This document shows positions 9,031 through 18,378 of a stretch of DNA of 64,000 bases, piece after piece. The notes under the pieces were generated by a model that saw only the letters and a list, made by a program, of their open reading frames with translations, was not told the DNA's origin and searched no databases. The stretch covers positions 157,332 through 221,331 of the forward strand of contig JBBQFN010000006.1 of the NCBI GenBank assembly GCA_038321985.1, written 5' to 3'. This DNA is from Cyanophyceae cyanobacterium (lineage in GTDB: Bacteria > Cyanobacteriota > Cyanobacteriia > Cyanobacteriales > Laspinemataceae). Each line of letters starts with the position of its first letter. The stretch's first letter is position 1. Position numbers and translations under genes: made by a program.

Positions 9031-10668
9031 TTAATCTACATCGAAAGAACCCATCCCTTTTTGAATAGACCACTGTTTTAATTCCTCAGTTAATTCAGTA
9101 TCGTTAGAAGCAGTTCTCGCCCCGGCTTCGGCTGCCCAATTTTTTAATTCTTCGATTTGATAACGGGCGATCGCCGCTAAAGGAACCGTTTCTTCACTGG
9201 CCCGTAAGATATCTTCTGTGGTAAAATCTCGGCGTTTTTCTGTAGGATTTCCTCCAAAAGCACGGTGCATTCCATCAATAATCACTTGTTCGATTTCTGC
9301 CCCACTAAAATTGCTAGTTTGTCGAGCCAGTAATTCCAAATCAAAGTCTCGCAACCGACTGGGGCGCAGTCGTCTTAAGTGAACTTTGAAAATTTCTCGG
9401 CGTTCGTATTCTGTGGGCAAATTTAAAAAGAAAATTTCATCAAACCGTCCTTTTCTTAACAATTCGGCGGGTAAAATTCCGACATTATTCGCAGTAGCAA
9501 CGATAAAGACAGGAGAGGTTTTTTCCTGCATCCAGGTAATTAATGTCCCAAAAACCCGGCGACTGGTCCCAGAATCTCCATCGGTTCCTCCTGAAATATT
9601 CCCAAAGGCTTTATCAATTTCATCAATCCATAATACACAAGGGGCCATTGCTTCTGCGAGTTGAATCATCTGGCGGATGCGATTCTCACTTTCTCCGACA
9701 ATTCCTCCAAATAATCTCCCGGTATCTAAACGCAATAAAGGCAAGCGCCACTCATGGGCAATAGTTTTGGCTGAAAGAGATTTTCCAGTGCCTTGAATGC
9801 CGACCAGTAAGACGCCTTTGGGGTTAGGAATTCCGTAACGTCTTGCTTCTTCGCTAAAGACATCATTTCGCATTCGCACCCAGGTTTTAAGGTTATCCAA
9901 TCCCCCTACATTTTTGAGGGATTCTCGGGCGGGTAAAAATTCTAATATACCTGTTTGGCGAATAGCTTGTTTCTTTTCGTCAAGGACGCTTTCAATATCG
10001 GTTTCGTTGACTTGTTGTTTATCTGCTAAAGCTCTGGCTAAAACCCGCTGAATGCGGGTACGACTTAATCCCTGGCAGGCTTTTACTAATTGTTCTCGGG
10101 CTAATCCTTTGACTTTGAGTTGTTCGGGGGTAACTAATTTAGTAATTAAACGATCAATATGGGCGGCATCGGGAAGGGGAAAATCGATCGCCGTAATTTC
10201 CTCACTTAATTCGGGGGGAATGGCGAGGGTATAGGCGGTTAAAATCAAGGTTTTTCGCGATCGCTGTAACTCTCGGGTGAGATTTCGCAACTCTCGAATT
10301 ACGGGGATATTTTTATCCGAAGTGGAATTTTTGAAGACAGGGTGCAGGTCCCGTAATACAAAAATCCAATCTTGCGGGGGGGCTTTGGCGATGCGATCCA
10401 GGGCGGCCATTACTGATCCTTTTGCTGATCCATTATCTCCCCAACCCCGCACAATATCCCAAAACAAAAGTTTCCGGTTGGGTGTTGACAGTTGTGCCAC
10501 TTTGTGCAATACTTCTTCAACGGGTTCTTCTTCGACGCCAACCAAGTAAAGAATCGGATAACGCGCCCGAATCATTAAATCTAATTGGGCAATTAAGGCC
10601 GCATGGGGCTGAGTTTGACCGCCCAGGACGGCATCGTAAGCGTGGGGGGAGTCAGGATGATTCAGCAT
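9031..10668 (-). CDS. ycf46: Ycf46-family AAA+ ATPase
   Basis: LMIRARYP N-domain, Walker A GIQGTGKS, Walker B LWIDEIDK, ATANN, LRKGRFDEIFF, FSGAEIEQ. Confidence 0.88.
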   Translation of the reverse strand: MLNHPDSPHAYDAVLGGQTQPHAALIAQLDLMIRARYPILYLVGVEEEPVEEVLHKVAQLSTPNRKLLFWDIVRGWGDNGSAKGSVMAALDRIAKAPPQDWIFVLRDLHPVFKNSTSDKNIPVIRELRNLTRELQRSRKTLILTAYTLAIPPELSEEITAIDFPLPDAAHIDRLITKLVTPEQLKVKGLAREQLVKACQGLSRTRIQRVLARALADKQQVNETDIESVLDEKKQAIRQTGILEFLPARESLKNVGGLDNLKTWVRMRNDVFSEEARRYGIPNPKGVLLVGIQGTGKSLSAKTIAHEWRLPLLRLDTGRLFGGIVGESENRIRQMIQLAEAMAPCVLWIDEIDKAFGNISGGTDGDSGTSRRVFGTLITWMQEKTSPVFIVATANNVGILPAELLRKGRFDEIFFLNLPTEYERREIFKVHLRRLRPSRLRDFDLELLARQTSNFSGAEIEQVIIDGMHRAFGGNPTEKRRDFTTEDILRASEETVPLAAIARYQIEELKNWAAEAGARTASNDTELTEELKQWSIQKGMGSFDVD

Positions 10669-10812
10669 TATAATCCAAGGGAGGCCCTTACCTGTTCGTG
10701 ATAACCTATTCTCATTTTACAGCGTCCGGTTTGGGTTTGGCCGATGAAATCGAGACCGCAACGGGGCAACTCCCGGGGGCAGTTACAGCAGGAGTTAGAC
10801 GCGATCGCCGTC

Positions 10813-12549
10813 TCATAAACTATCGGTGATGACAGGGGGTGGTGTGAGAGGTAACTCTACGGTAAAGCAGGTTTGGCCGAATTCGCTTGTGACTTGGATT
10901 CGACCCCCAATATATTCAGTTTGTTTGCGAGCGAGGGCCAATCCTAATCCGGTTCCACCATGTTTCCAAGGGTCGGAACTGGGAACACGGTAGAATTTAT
11001 CAAAAACATGAACTAACTCTGTTGGGGGGATTTCTAGCCCCGAATTGCTCACTTGCAGCCGCAGCAAAGAGCAGTCGCGCCGGGCTGTAACCGCAATGAT
11101 CCCTTTAGCTGGGGTATATTTCCAGGCATTCTCTAACAACTCGCTGAGAATTCGCTGCAAAATCTCAGGATCGCCGAGAATTTCAGGAAGTGTCGGCTCT
11201 AAATCTACTTGCAAAACTTGCTGTCTAGCTTTAATTTTTTGTATAAATAGTTCTACCGCACTTTCCACACATTGTTGTAATAACATCGGAGTAAGAGAGG
11301 CGGGTTCAATCCCGGCTTCGAGTCGTTGTAACTCCAGAATGCTATCAATCAAACGAATTTCCCGATCGCACTCTTCCCGCAAAATCTTAATATACGTCTC
11401 AGCGTGATCCAGAGCATGAGAAGGCTTGCTGCCTTTACTCTGTGATGAAGTCGTCAAGGGGGAGGATTCGTTTTGGCGTTTTTGTTCGACCATTTCTAAA
11501 ATTTGCACCACCATTTTGATATTAGCGATCGGGGTGCGTAATTCATGGCTGACGGTACTCAGAAAATCATCCTTGAGGCGATTGAGGCGCTCTAGCTCTT
11601 GAACTTGTGCGAGGGAGGCTTGATACAATCGCGCTTGCCGGACGGCGATCGCGCATTGGGAAGCGACTTGTTGGACGAGTTTAATCTCGTTCCGGCTAAA
11701 GCTGTCCTGGACAGGTTTGCACAAACACAAGTTACCGATCGCCCCCCTTTCTCCGAAAATAGGACTCACCAGAATCGTCATTCCCCCGGGAAAACCATCA
11801 AGGGCGATCGGACAAAACTGCACACACTCCTGATGGTGTAGCTGTCCGTAAATCTCCAGAATCTCCCCGACTGCCTTCCCCAAATCGGAAAACCGCTCCT
11901 GGGCATATTCATAGCACACTGTTTCTCCCCGGGGTGCCGCTTGGTAGAGAGAAGCGTTACAGTAATCCGACTCTAAAGCAACCCCTAACTCGCGGACTGC
12001 CGTCTGCAAAATTTGCCGTTCGTCAAGACTATCCCGTAGTTTTTCCGTAATCCGATTAAGCATCGCCTCAGTTTTTAGGGCGCGTTGTAACTGGCGGGTG
12101 CGCTCTTGGACTTGCCGATCCAATTCAGCCGCGAGCGTTTGAAAACGCTCCTCACTCTGGCGTAACGCTTCTAACGTGCGATTACGCTCGATCGCATAAT
12201 GTATCGCCCGCACCAACAATGCTCCCACCAGTTGTCCTTTGAGCAAATAATCCTGTGCGCCTTTGCGAACCGCTTCGAGGGCCTGTTCTTCATCATGGGA
12301 ACCCGTCAAAACCACCAGGGGAATGGTGGGGGCTTGGGCTTTCACTTGCATCAGGGTCTCTAATCCCCACGAATCTGGCAGAGACAAATCTAATAAAACC
12401 ACATCAAACTCTGTGGCAGCCAACTGTTTTAAGGCTTCGCTGACTCGCCAGGCATGAGCGATCGTAAACTGATAGTCCTCGAACTCGGATAATATTTCCT
12501 GTATCAATTCTGCATCTGCGAGATTATCCTCTACCAATAAAATTTTCAT
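10813..12549 (-). CDS. Hybrid sensor kinase: REC-GAF-HisKA-HATPase
   Basis: KILLVEDN and LLDLSLPD receiver; GAF ending QVASQCAIAVRQARLY; H-box SHELRTP; N-box ELLENAWKY; GGTGLGL. Confidence 0.92.
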   Translation of the reverse strand: MKILLVEDNLADAELIQEILSEFEDYQFTIAHAWRVSEALKQLAATEFDVVLLDLSLPDSWGLETLMQVKAQAPTIPLVVLTGSHDEEQALEAVRKGAQDYLLKGQLVGALLVRAIHYAIERNRTLEALRQSEERFQTLAAELDRQVQERTRQLQRALKTEAMLNRITEKLRDSLDERQILQTAVRELGVALESDYCNASLYQAAPRGETVCYEYAQERFSDLGKAVGEILEIYGQLHHQECVQFCPIALDGFPGGMTILVSPIFGERGAIGNLCLCKPVQDSFSRNEIKLVQQVASQCAIAVRQARLYQASLAQVQELERLNRLKDDFLSTVSHELRTPIANIKMVVQILEMVEQKRQNESSPLTTSSQSKGSKPSHALDHAETYIKILREECDREIRLIDSILELQRLEAGIEPASLTPMLLQQCVESAVELFIQKIKARQQVLQVDLEPTLPEILGDPEILQRILSELLENAWKYTPAKGIIAVTARRDCSLLRLQVSNSGLEIPPTELVHVFDKFYRVPSSDPWKHGGTGLGLALARKQTEYIGGRIQVTSEFGQTCFTVELPLTPPPVITDSL

Positions 12550-12579
12550 TATTTTACTTGACCTAGAACAAAATTAATT

Positions 12580-12615
12580 TTAAGGTAAAATCAAGGTACC
12601 TTGATTTTACCTTAA
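12580..12615. repeat. Perfect 36-bp palindrome
   Basis: TTAAGGTAAAATCAAGGT|ACCTTGATTTTACCTTAA, about 30 bp upstream of the kinase start codon. Confidence 0.95.
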
Positions 12616-12653
12616 TTTTTTATTATTTATTTGTTCACAAAATTATCCCTGGA

Positions 12654-12780
12654 TATGGTTTTGCGCTTTCCTTTAAAATCTTCGATGTAAATTTCTTCAT
12701 TAAAAATACTTTTTCCGGTTCGCAAGGTCCGGGTTAATGTCGAGTCTTCACTAGAGAATTGGTGTCCCATATCCGGCCAC
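12654..12780 (-). pseudogene. Internal fragment of a PAS domain (sensor-kinase type)
   Basis: WPDMGHQFSSEDSTLTRTLRTGKSIFNEEIYIEDFKGKRKTI resembles the recalled PAS pattern W-x-D-T-G...ARA-x-x-G-E-x-x-x-N-E-E-I-x-I-E-x-F-D-G-x-R-K-T-I; no intact gene around it. Confidence 0.55.
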
Positions 12781-13245
12781 TTTCCCATGAAACAAGTTTC
12801 CCTCATTGCCAAACAAGCCGACGAGGTGGAAAAAATTAGGGGAATCGAAGTTGAGGAGCGGATAGGCACTCAGGATTTAAAGTCAACAACCAGTGCGGCG
12901 GCTGATGCTTTGGCGACGAGTACCTGGGCGACCATATTAGTAGTTTTGAGCAGTCTGGCAATCCCCGGCGTAGGACCGATAATTGCCGCCGGGACCCTGG
13001 GTGTAGCAATGGTAACGACGGTTGCGGGGATGGGAGTTGAAGCCTTAGCCAGTAGCAATATTGTCCAAACCTTCACCCATTTGGGGATTCCCAAGGAGCA
13101 AGCGAGAGTTTATAGTGATAGCCTCCATGGAGGACATTATTTAGTCATTGTAGAGGGAAGCTAGGACAAAATCGATCGCGCTGCTGCAATTTTAAGTCAT
13201 GGAGAAATTCAAAAGTGGGGAGTTTATAATTTACCCGAGGCTTAA
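12781..13245 (+). pseudogene. General stress protein (17M/YflT-like) pseudogene: 5'-truncated, with an internal stop
   Basis: FPMKQVSLIAK...LAIPGVGPIIAAG...LGIPKEQARVYSD...YLVIVEGS, TAG at 13162-13164, then in-frame DKIDRAAAILSHGEIQKWGVYNLPEA to TAA 13245. Confidence 0.75.
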
Positions 13246-13392
13246 AATTTAGGCTCACTCCCCGACAGCGTGAGAAAATAGTAAATAGTTCGGATGGAGA
13301 AGTAAAGAATTAGGCGGCCGCCGCCTCTTTTTTGCGGGACAGTCGCCTAATTTCGTAAGATTTAACTGGGTTTATTCCTCTCTCTCCAGAAG

Positions 13393-16300
13393 TTAAAAAT
13401 CCTCCACTTTTTGGCTCAGTATTTTATCACAGACCGCCCGATCGCTCTCTTTAACAGTAGAATTATTTGCCAAATAATCATCAACCCAGAGGCAACTCCG
13501 GGTTAACAAATCTTCCAAATTCAAGTTCCATAAAATCACGGTTTTATCTTTACTTGAAGAGGCCAGGGTTTTGCTATCGGGACTGAAACTTAAGCTGAGA
13601 ACGGCTTCAGTGTGGCCTTCTAAAGTGGCGATCGCCTTGCCGTCTTTGGTCCAAAGTTTCACCGTTTTATCTTCGCTGGCGGTGGCAATGAGTTGTCCAT
13701 CGGGACTGTAAGTGACCCAGTACACGGGGCGGATATGTCCCTCTAGGGTGGCGATCGCCTTGCCATCTTTGGTCCAAATTTTCACGGTCTTATCTTGACT
13801 GGCAGTGGCAATCCGTTCTCCATCGGGGGAGAAGGTGACGCTATACACTTGTCCCTGATGATCGCCGATGGATCTAACCAGTTTCCCTTCTAAATTCCAG
13901 AGTTTTACCCTATTATCTCCCCCAGCGGTGGCAATCTGTTTACTGTCGTGGGAAAAAGCGACGCTATTTAGGGAACTCTCATCCGCCCGGAATGTGCGAA
14001 GTCGTTCTCCTGTCTTACTCCAAATTATGGCGATTCCATCCTCACTTCCAGAGACGAGCAGTTTCTCATCCGGACTGAAGTCTATTCCCAAAACTCGCTC
14101 CTGATGGCCCTCCAATGTAGCAACTAAAGCCTGTCTAGATTTACTCCACAATTTTACAGTATTGTCAGCACTGGCGGTGGCAAAAAGTTCGCCATCGGGG
14201 CTGAAACTTAGATTCCACACAGCCTTTTCATGGCCGACTAAGTTGGCAATTTTATTGCCTCCGGGTTCCCAAAGCATAACCGTGTTATCATTGCTGGCCG
14301 AGGCAAGAACTCGGCCATTGGGAGAAAAAGCGACGACCAATACTTCGTCAGTATGTTGCCCAAATCCCGGAAGTTTTCGGGGAACACTGTTCCACAGTTT
14401 GACGGTGTTATCAAAGCTGGCGGTGGCGACGGTTTGTCCGTCGGGAGAGAAACTCACACTCCAAACTTCATCCCGATGTCCCTTGAGAGTATCTGTCTCT
14501 ACCCACTGATTCGTCTGGGGATTTTGACGCCACAGTTTAGCGGTGCGATCGATGCTAGCGCTGGCAATGGTTGTCCCATCGGGACTGAAGTTAACGCCGA
14601 GAACGGATTCCGTATGTCCGCGCAAGGTAGCGATTTGGGTGCCATCCCGTCTCCACAGTTTCACGGTTTTGTCTAAGCTACCGGAAGCGAGGGTTTGTCC
14701 GTCCGGGGAAAAGCTCACACTGGTTACCCCTTGTTCATGGCCGGTAAAGGTGGCGATCGCCTTGCCAGTGAGGTCCCACAGTTTTACGGTTTTATCTAAA
14801 CTCGCACTCGCGATCGTCTGTCCATCGGGGGAGAATCGCACAAACAAAATGGGCGCATTATCCGCATTGATGGTTCTGATTAACTCTCCCTGGAGGTTCC
14901 AGAGTTTAATGGTACTATCTAAACTGCTGGAGGCGAGGGTTTGTCCGTCTGGACTAAAGCTGGCGCTGGTAACCCCGCGATCGTGTGCAGTGATGGTTCG
15001 GATTAATGTGCCATCCCGCCGCCAAAGTTTGATCGTGCCATCGGTACTGGTTGAGGCGATCGTTTGTCCATCGGGACTAAATGCCACTCGGGTGAGGGGA
15101 TTTTCATGTCCATTCAGGGTCTGCACTAAGCGGCCCTCGGAGGTAAACAGTTTGACTGTTTTATCCGTACTGGCGGTGGCAATCAGGTCGCCATCGGGAG
15201 AAAAGGTGACGCTGACGACGCTGTTTTTATGTTGTTCTAAGCGGTTGATTTCCCGGACAGTATAAGACAGTTGTAAGACGCTGGCCGTTTGCATTTGCAA
15301 CGTCAGGGGCGATCGCCAGAGGTCTTTGGTTTTCTGCCCGACTTGAACGCTGTTCACTAAAGCGCCTAATTCATTGTTTTTTAGGCGCAATGCTTCTGAA
15401 GACAAATTTTTGGCTTCTAGTTCGGCAATCTCTGCCTTCATGCTTTTGGAAAAGGCAAGCCCCGCCAACCATCCCGTCACTAGGACACCGAGTGCCAGGA
15501 TTACATTGAGTTGTAGTTGCATCCATTTTTCTCGATCCTTGGATTTTGCTAATTCAACTTGTATTTGCTTTTCCTCATAAAGTTTTAAATTGCTTTCCTG
15601 CAATTCTTTATTCTTTTCTCTTAACGCTTTTAATCGGGCTTGGATTTGTTCTTGATCCCGAATAAATTTAACTAAATAATCATGAATGAGCTGATAGCGG
15701 CTGTCCGGAATTTCCGGCAGCACAAATACTAAGCCAGCCTTTTCGAGGATTTTTAAAATCTCTTCTAAATTATCTAAATCCCCGGCTAATTCCGGAGTTA
15801 ATTCAGCCAGTAACTCCGCCTGCTTTTTCAGGGGACGCGTGCCGCTTTCTTCTGTGAGGAAGTACAGCAATAACCGCGCCGTATATTCATTTTCTGGCCC
15901 ACAGTCGGCGATCGCCTCTTCTAAAAAGCGCTGCACCAGCTTTTCTTTAGGACCGGATTGGCGATATTGTTCTAAAGTGGTAATATTTTCCGCTTGCAGT
16001 TGAGCACCCACAACTTGTAACTCAATCGGACGAACCTCACCGACGCGATCGGCAAGGTCCTCCACCAAGGCATCAATCAACCCTGGCTCTAAATGAAATT
16101 GAGCCCGTTCGGTCAAGTTTTCAATCACTTGACGAGCGGTAGCCTGGGACAAATTGCCGAGGTAATAGCGGATATTTTTATTCAGGATATCTTGGTTAAC
16201 AACTTCGATATTCCCGAGGCGTTCGCATTCGAGCAAGTAATGAACATAATCTTCCCGTAAAGAAAAGATAACTTTGACAAACGGAACATTTAAACAGGCA

Positions 16301-18375
16301 TTCAAAAACTGATAAAATTCCTGGCGTTGTACCGGGTCAGTTTGCACAAAAAAGAATTCTTCAAATTGGTCAAAAATTAAAACGGTTAGCAAGTTTCGCT
16401 CGTTATTGCGATGCAACTCACTCATTAATTCTTGAAGTTTCTCCGGAAGTTCTGCCGATTTGAGAGGTTGTTTTTCTGCTCCCTTTCCGTTTAAGCGCGC
16501 GGAGTCATCCCGGTCAATTCCTAACTCTTCTAGGCCGGTTTCTATGCCTTGTTTTAAGCCAGAGATCCAATCGGTGTACACTTGCAGGAGAACCGGAAAG
16601 GCATTTCGAGCGGCGATCGCCGTTTGTTTGAGCACTGGCACTAATCCGGCTTGCACAAGGGAGCTTTTTCCCACCCCCGAATGGCCGTGAATCACCGTGA
16701 GGCGGTAGTCATTCCGCCCCAAACGTTCAATTAACCGATTTACATCTCCTTCCCGTCCCGATGTGGCAATTTCTACCGGAACGTGAGCCGGTTGAGCGCT
16801 GACCATAAGAGAGGGATTCAAGGTCTGAAGTCGCGCTTGCAGACGTCCGGCCCCAATAAACGCCCGCAAACCAAACTGAGCTTCGACTGCCCGTTGTTTT
16901 TGCTTAATTTCAAAGGCTTTGAGATATTCCGACTGCTGAAAGTACAGCGATCGCAACGCTTCTAAAATGCGCCGATACAACTGTAAGTCATACTGCGGAT
17001 CGGTACGCTGTTCGGCGAAGTGCAGGTGAGAAATGGCCTCAGCACCTTGGCCCAATTGGGCGAAAGCTCGCGCCAACAGGAGTAAGTATAAACCTTGTGG
17101 AGCCGGCAGGGGAAGACTCGGCTCATTTCCCAGTACGGCGAGGGCACGTTCGGCGAAATTTCGAGCTTTTTCCCACTGGGACTGCTGCAACGCCACCTCG
17201 GCCAAAAAGCCATAATCCCGGGCCAACTCCTGGGCTTTGCCGTAGTATAAATGTAAGGTTATCGACTTTTTAGCGACAATCGATAAGGCTTCCCACGCTT
17301 GCAAGCGCTGCAAAATTTCTCCCAGTTGCCCGATAAACTTGGCGACTAATTCCGGATGTCGGGACTCCTCAAACACCCGCACACAAGTTTCTAAATAATA
17401 CCGCGCTTGCTGCAAATGCTGCTGTTCCTGGGGTTGGTCGAGTTGTGCCTGCCGACAGTAACAAAGCCCGATATGGAACAACACCACACCTTGTTGCAAG
17501 AAATAAGGCGGGGGTGGCATTTCCCACACGAGGGGAGAAGGGTCGGAAGTCAGGGGAATGAAGGGAATGTAAGTGCACTCGCGATCGCGCCAGGACAACG
17601 CGTTTTTCCCCGGGCTGTAGCTGAAAGATTCCGGGATTTGTTCCCAAAAGGCCAAACTTTGCTGATAGCGTTCTAGGGCGCGATCCAGGCGATCGGCAGC
17701 ATAGTCATCTCGTCCCAGCACAAAGTGTAAGCTGGCTTCCAGTTCGGGAACCAACTGCACTTGGCGATCGCTTAAATCTTCTTTGGCAAATCCCAGTTCT
17801 AAACAATTGCGGGACCCCAGAATGGTCGAGTTCGGAATAAAATTGAGGGAACCCTTTTCGACCACCTCTGATAGTACCCGGTCAATGCTTGTCGCGATCG
17901 TATCGATCGCCGCTGGGGTTGAGAGAGCAAATTCGGTACTGGTAGCCCAACTTTCAAAGTCCGGTGCAACCCGAATAAAACTTTTTAAAACCCGATCATC
18001 CACCCAAAATACAATCGGAAAGGGAAAGTGCTTTCTAAACTCTTCTCGAACCTGATTGGCTGCCATAAAGAGGCGATCTAGCTGACTCACAGATTCGAGT
18101 CCAAACACCATTAAGGCCTCGGGTTGTTCCGTGCCAATTTCATCTTGAATGGTTTTGTAGAGGGTGCGGACAGAGGTCGGCAGGTGCAGTTCTCGAATAT
18201 CTACAGAGACGGAATCATGGAGGTCCGCAGTAACGCGACTGCGCAAATTGGCGTAGTTACACCGCGCTAAAATCAGGGAAAATTGCCCTTGGGAAAAGGA
18301 AATTGCCCGGTGTAAAACCTTTAAAGATTGTTCGTTGCGCCTTACCTCGGCGTCGTCATGCTGTAGATTCATCAT
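13393..18375 (-). CDS. NLR-like protein: degenerate NTPase-like N-domain, TPRs, STAND-type (nSTAND1-like) NTPase, coiled coil, TM helix, 14 WD40 repeats
   Basis: Walker A GHSGVGKSS, Walker B LIFDQFEEFF, LREDY; TM LNVILALGVLVTGWLAGLAF; 14 (G)H...FSPDG...D-x-T-V-K-L-W repeats. Confidence 0.88.
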   Translation of the reverse strand: MMNLQHDDAEVRRNEQSLKVLHRAISFSQGQFSLILARCNYANLRSRVTADLHDSVSVDIRELHLPTSVRTLYKTIQDEIGTEQPEALMVFGLESVSQLDRLFMAANQVREEFRKHFPFPIVFWVDDRVLKSFIRVAPDFESWATSTEFALSTPAAIDTIATSIDRVLSEVVEKGSLNFIPNSTILGSRNCLELGFAKEDLSDRQVQLVPELEASLHFVLGRDDYAADRLDRALERYQQSLAFWEQIPESFSYSPGKNALSWRDRECTYIPFIPLTSDPSPLVWEMPPPPYFLQQGVVLFHIGLCYCRQAQLDQPQEQQHLQQARYYLETCVRVFEESRHPELVAKFIGQLGEILQRLQAWEALSIVAKKSITLHLYYGKAQELARDYGFLAEVALQQSQWEKARNFAERALAVLGNEPSLPLPAPQGLYLLLLARAFAQLGQGAEAISHLHFAEQRTDPQYDLQLYRRILEALRSLYFQQSEYLKAFEIKQKQRAVEAQFGLRAFIGAGRLQARLQTLNPSLMVSAQPAHVPVEIATSGREGDVNRLIERLGRNDYRLTVIHGHSGVGKSSLVQAGLVPVLKQTAIAARNAFPVLLQVYTDWISGLKQGIETGLEELGIDRDDSARLNGKGAEKQPLKSAELPEKLQELMSELHRNNERNLLTVLIFDQFEEFFFVQTDPVQRQEFYQFLNACLNVPFVKVIFSLREDYVHYLLECERLGNIEVVNQDILNKNIRYYLGNLSQATARQVIENLTERAQFHLEPGLIDALVEDLADRVGEVRPIELQVVGAQLQAENITTLEQYRQSGPKEKLVQRFLEEAIADCGPENEYTARLLLYFLTEESGTRPLKKQAELLAELTPELAGDLDNLEEILKILEKAGLVFVLPEIPDSRYQLIHDYLVKFIRDQEQIQARLKALREKNKELQESNLKLYEEKQIQVELAKSKDREKWMQLQLNVILALGVLVTGWLAGLAFSKSMKAEIAELEAKNLSSEALRLKNNELGALVNSVQVGQKTKDLWRSPLTLQMQTASVLQLSYTVREINRLEQHKNSVVSVTFSPDGDLIATASTDKTVKLFTSEGRLVQTLNGHENPLTRVAFSPDGQTIASTSTDGTIKLWRRDGTLIRTITAHDRGVTSASFSPDGQTLASSSLDSTIKLWNLQGELIRTINADNAPILFVRFSPDGQTIASASLDKTVKLWDLTGKAIATFTGHEQGVTSVSFSPDGQTLASGSLDKTVKLWRRDGTQIATLRGHTESVLGVNFSPDGTTIASASIDRTAKLWRQNPQTNQWVETDTLKGHRDEVWSVSFSPDGQTVATASFDNTVKLWNSVPRKLPGFGQHTDEVLVVAFSPNGRVLASASNDNTVMLWEPGGNKIANLVGHEKAVWNLSFSPDGELFATASADNTVKLWSKSRQALVATLEGHQERVLGIDFSPDEKLLVSGSEDGIAIIWSKTGERLRTFRADESSLNSVAFSHDSKQIATAGGDNRVKLWNLEGKLVRSIGDHQGQVYSVTFSPDGERIATASQDKTVKIWTKDGKAIATLEGHIRPVYWVTYSPDGQLIATASEDKTVKLWTKDGKAIATLEGHTEAVLSLSFSPDSKTLASSSKDKTVILWNLNLEDLLTRSCLWVDDYLANNSTVKESDRAVCDKILSQKVEDF

Positions 18376-18378
18376 GTT

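Noticed and set aside
14162..15265. Long plus-strand ORFs (115, 107 and 240 aa) with repetitive sequence
   Set aside because: Antisense shadows of the WD40 repeats; no independent motifs.
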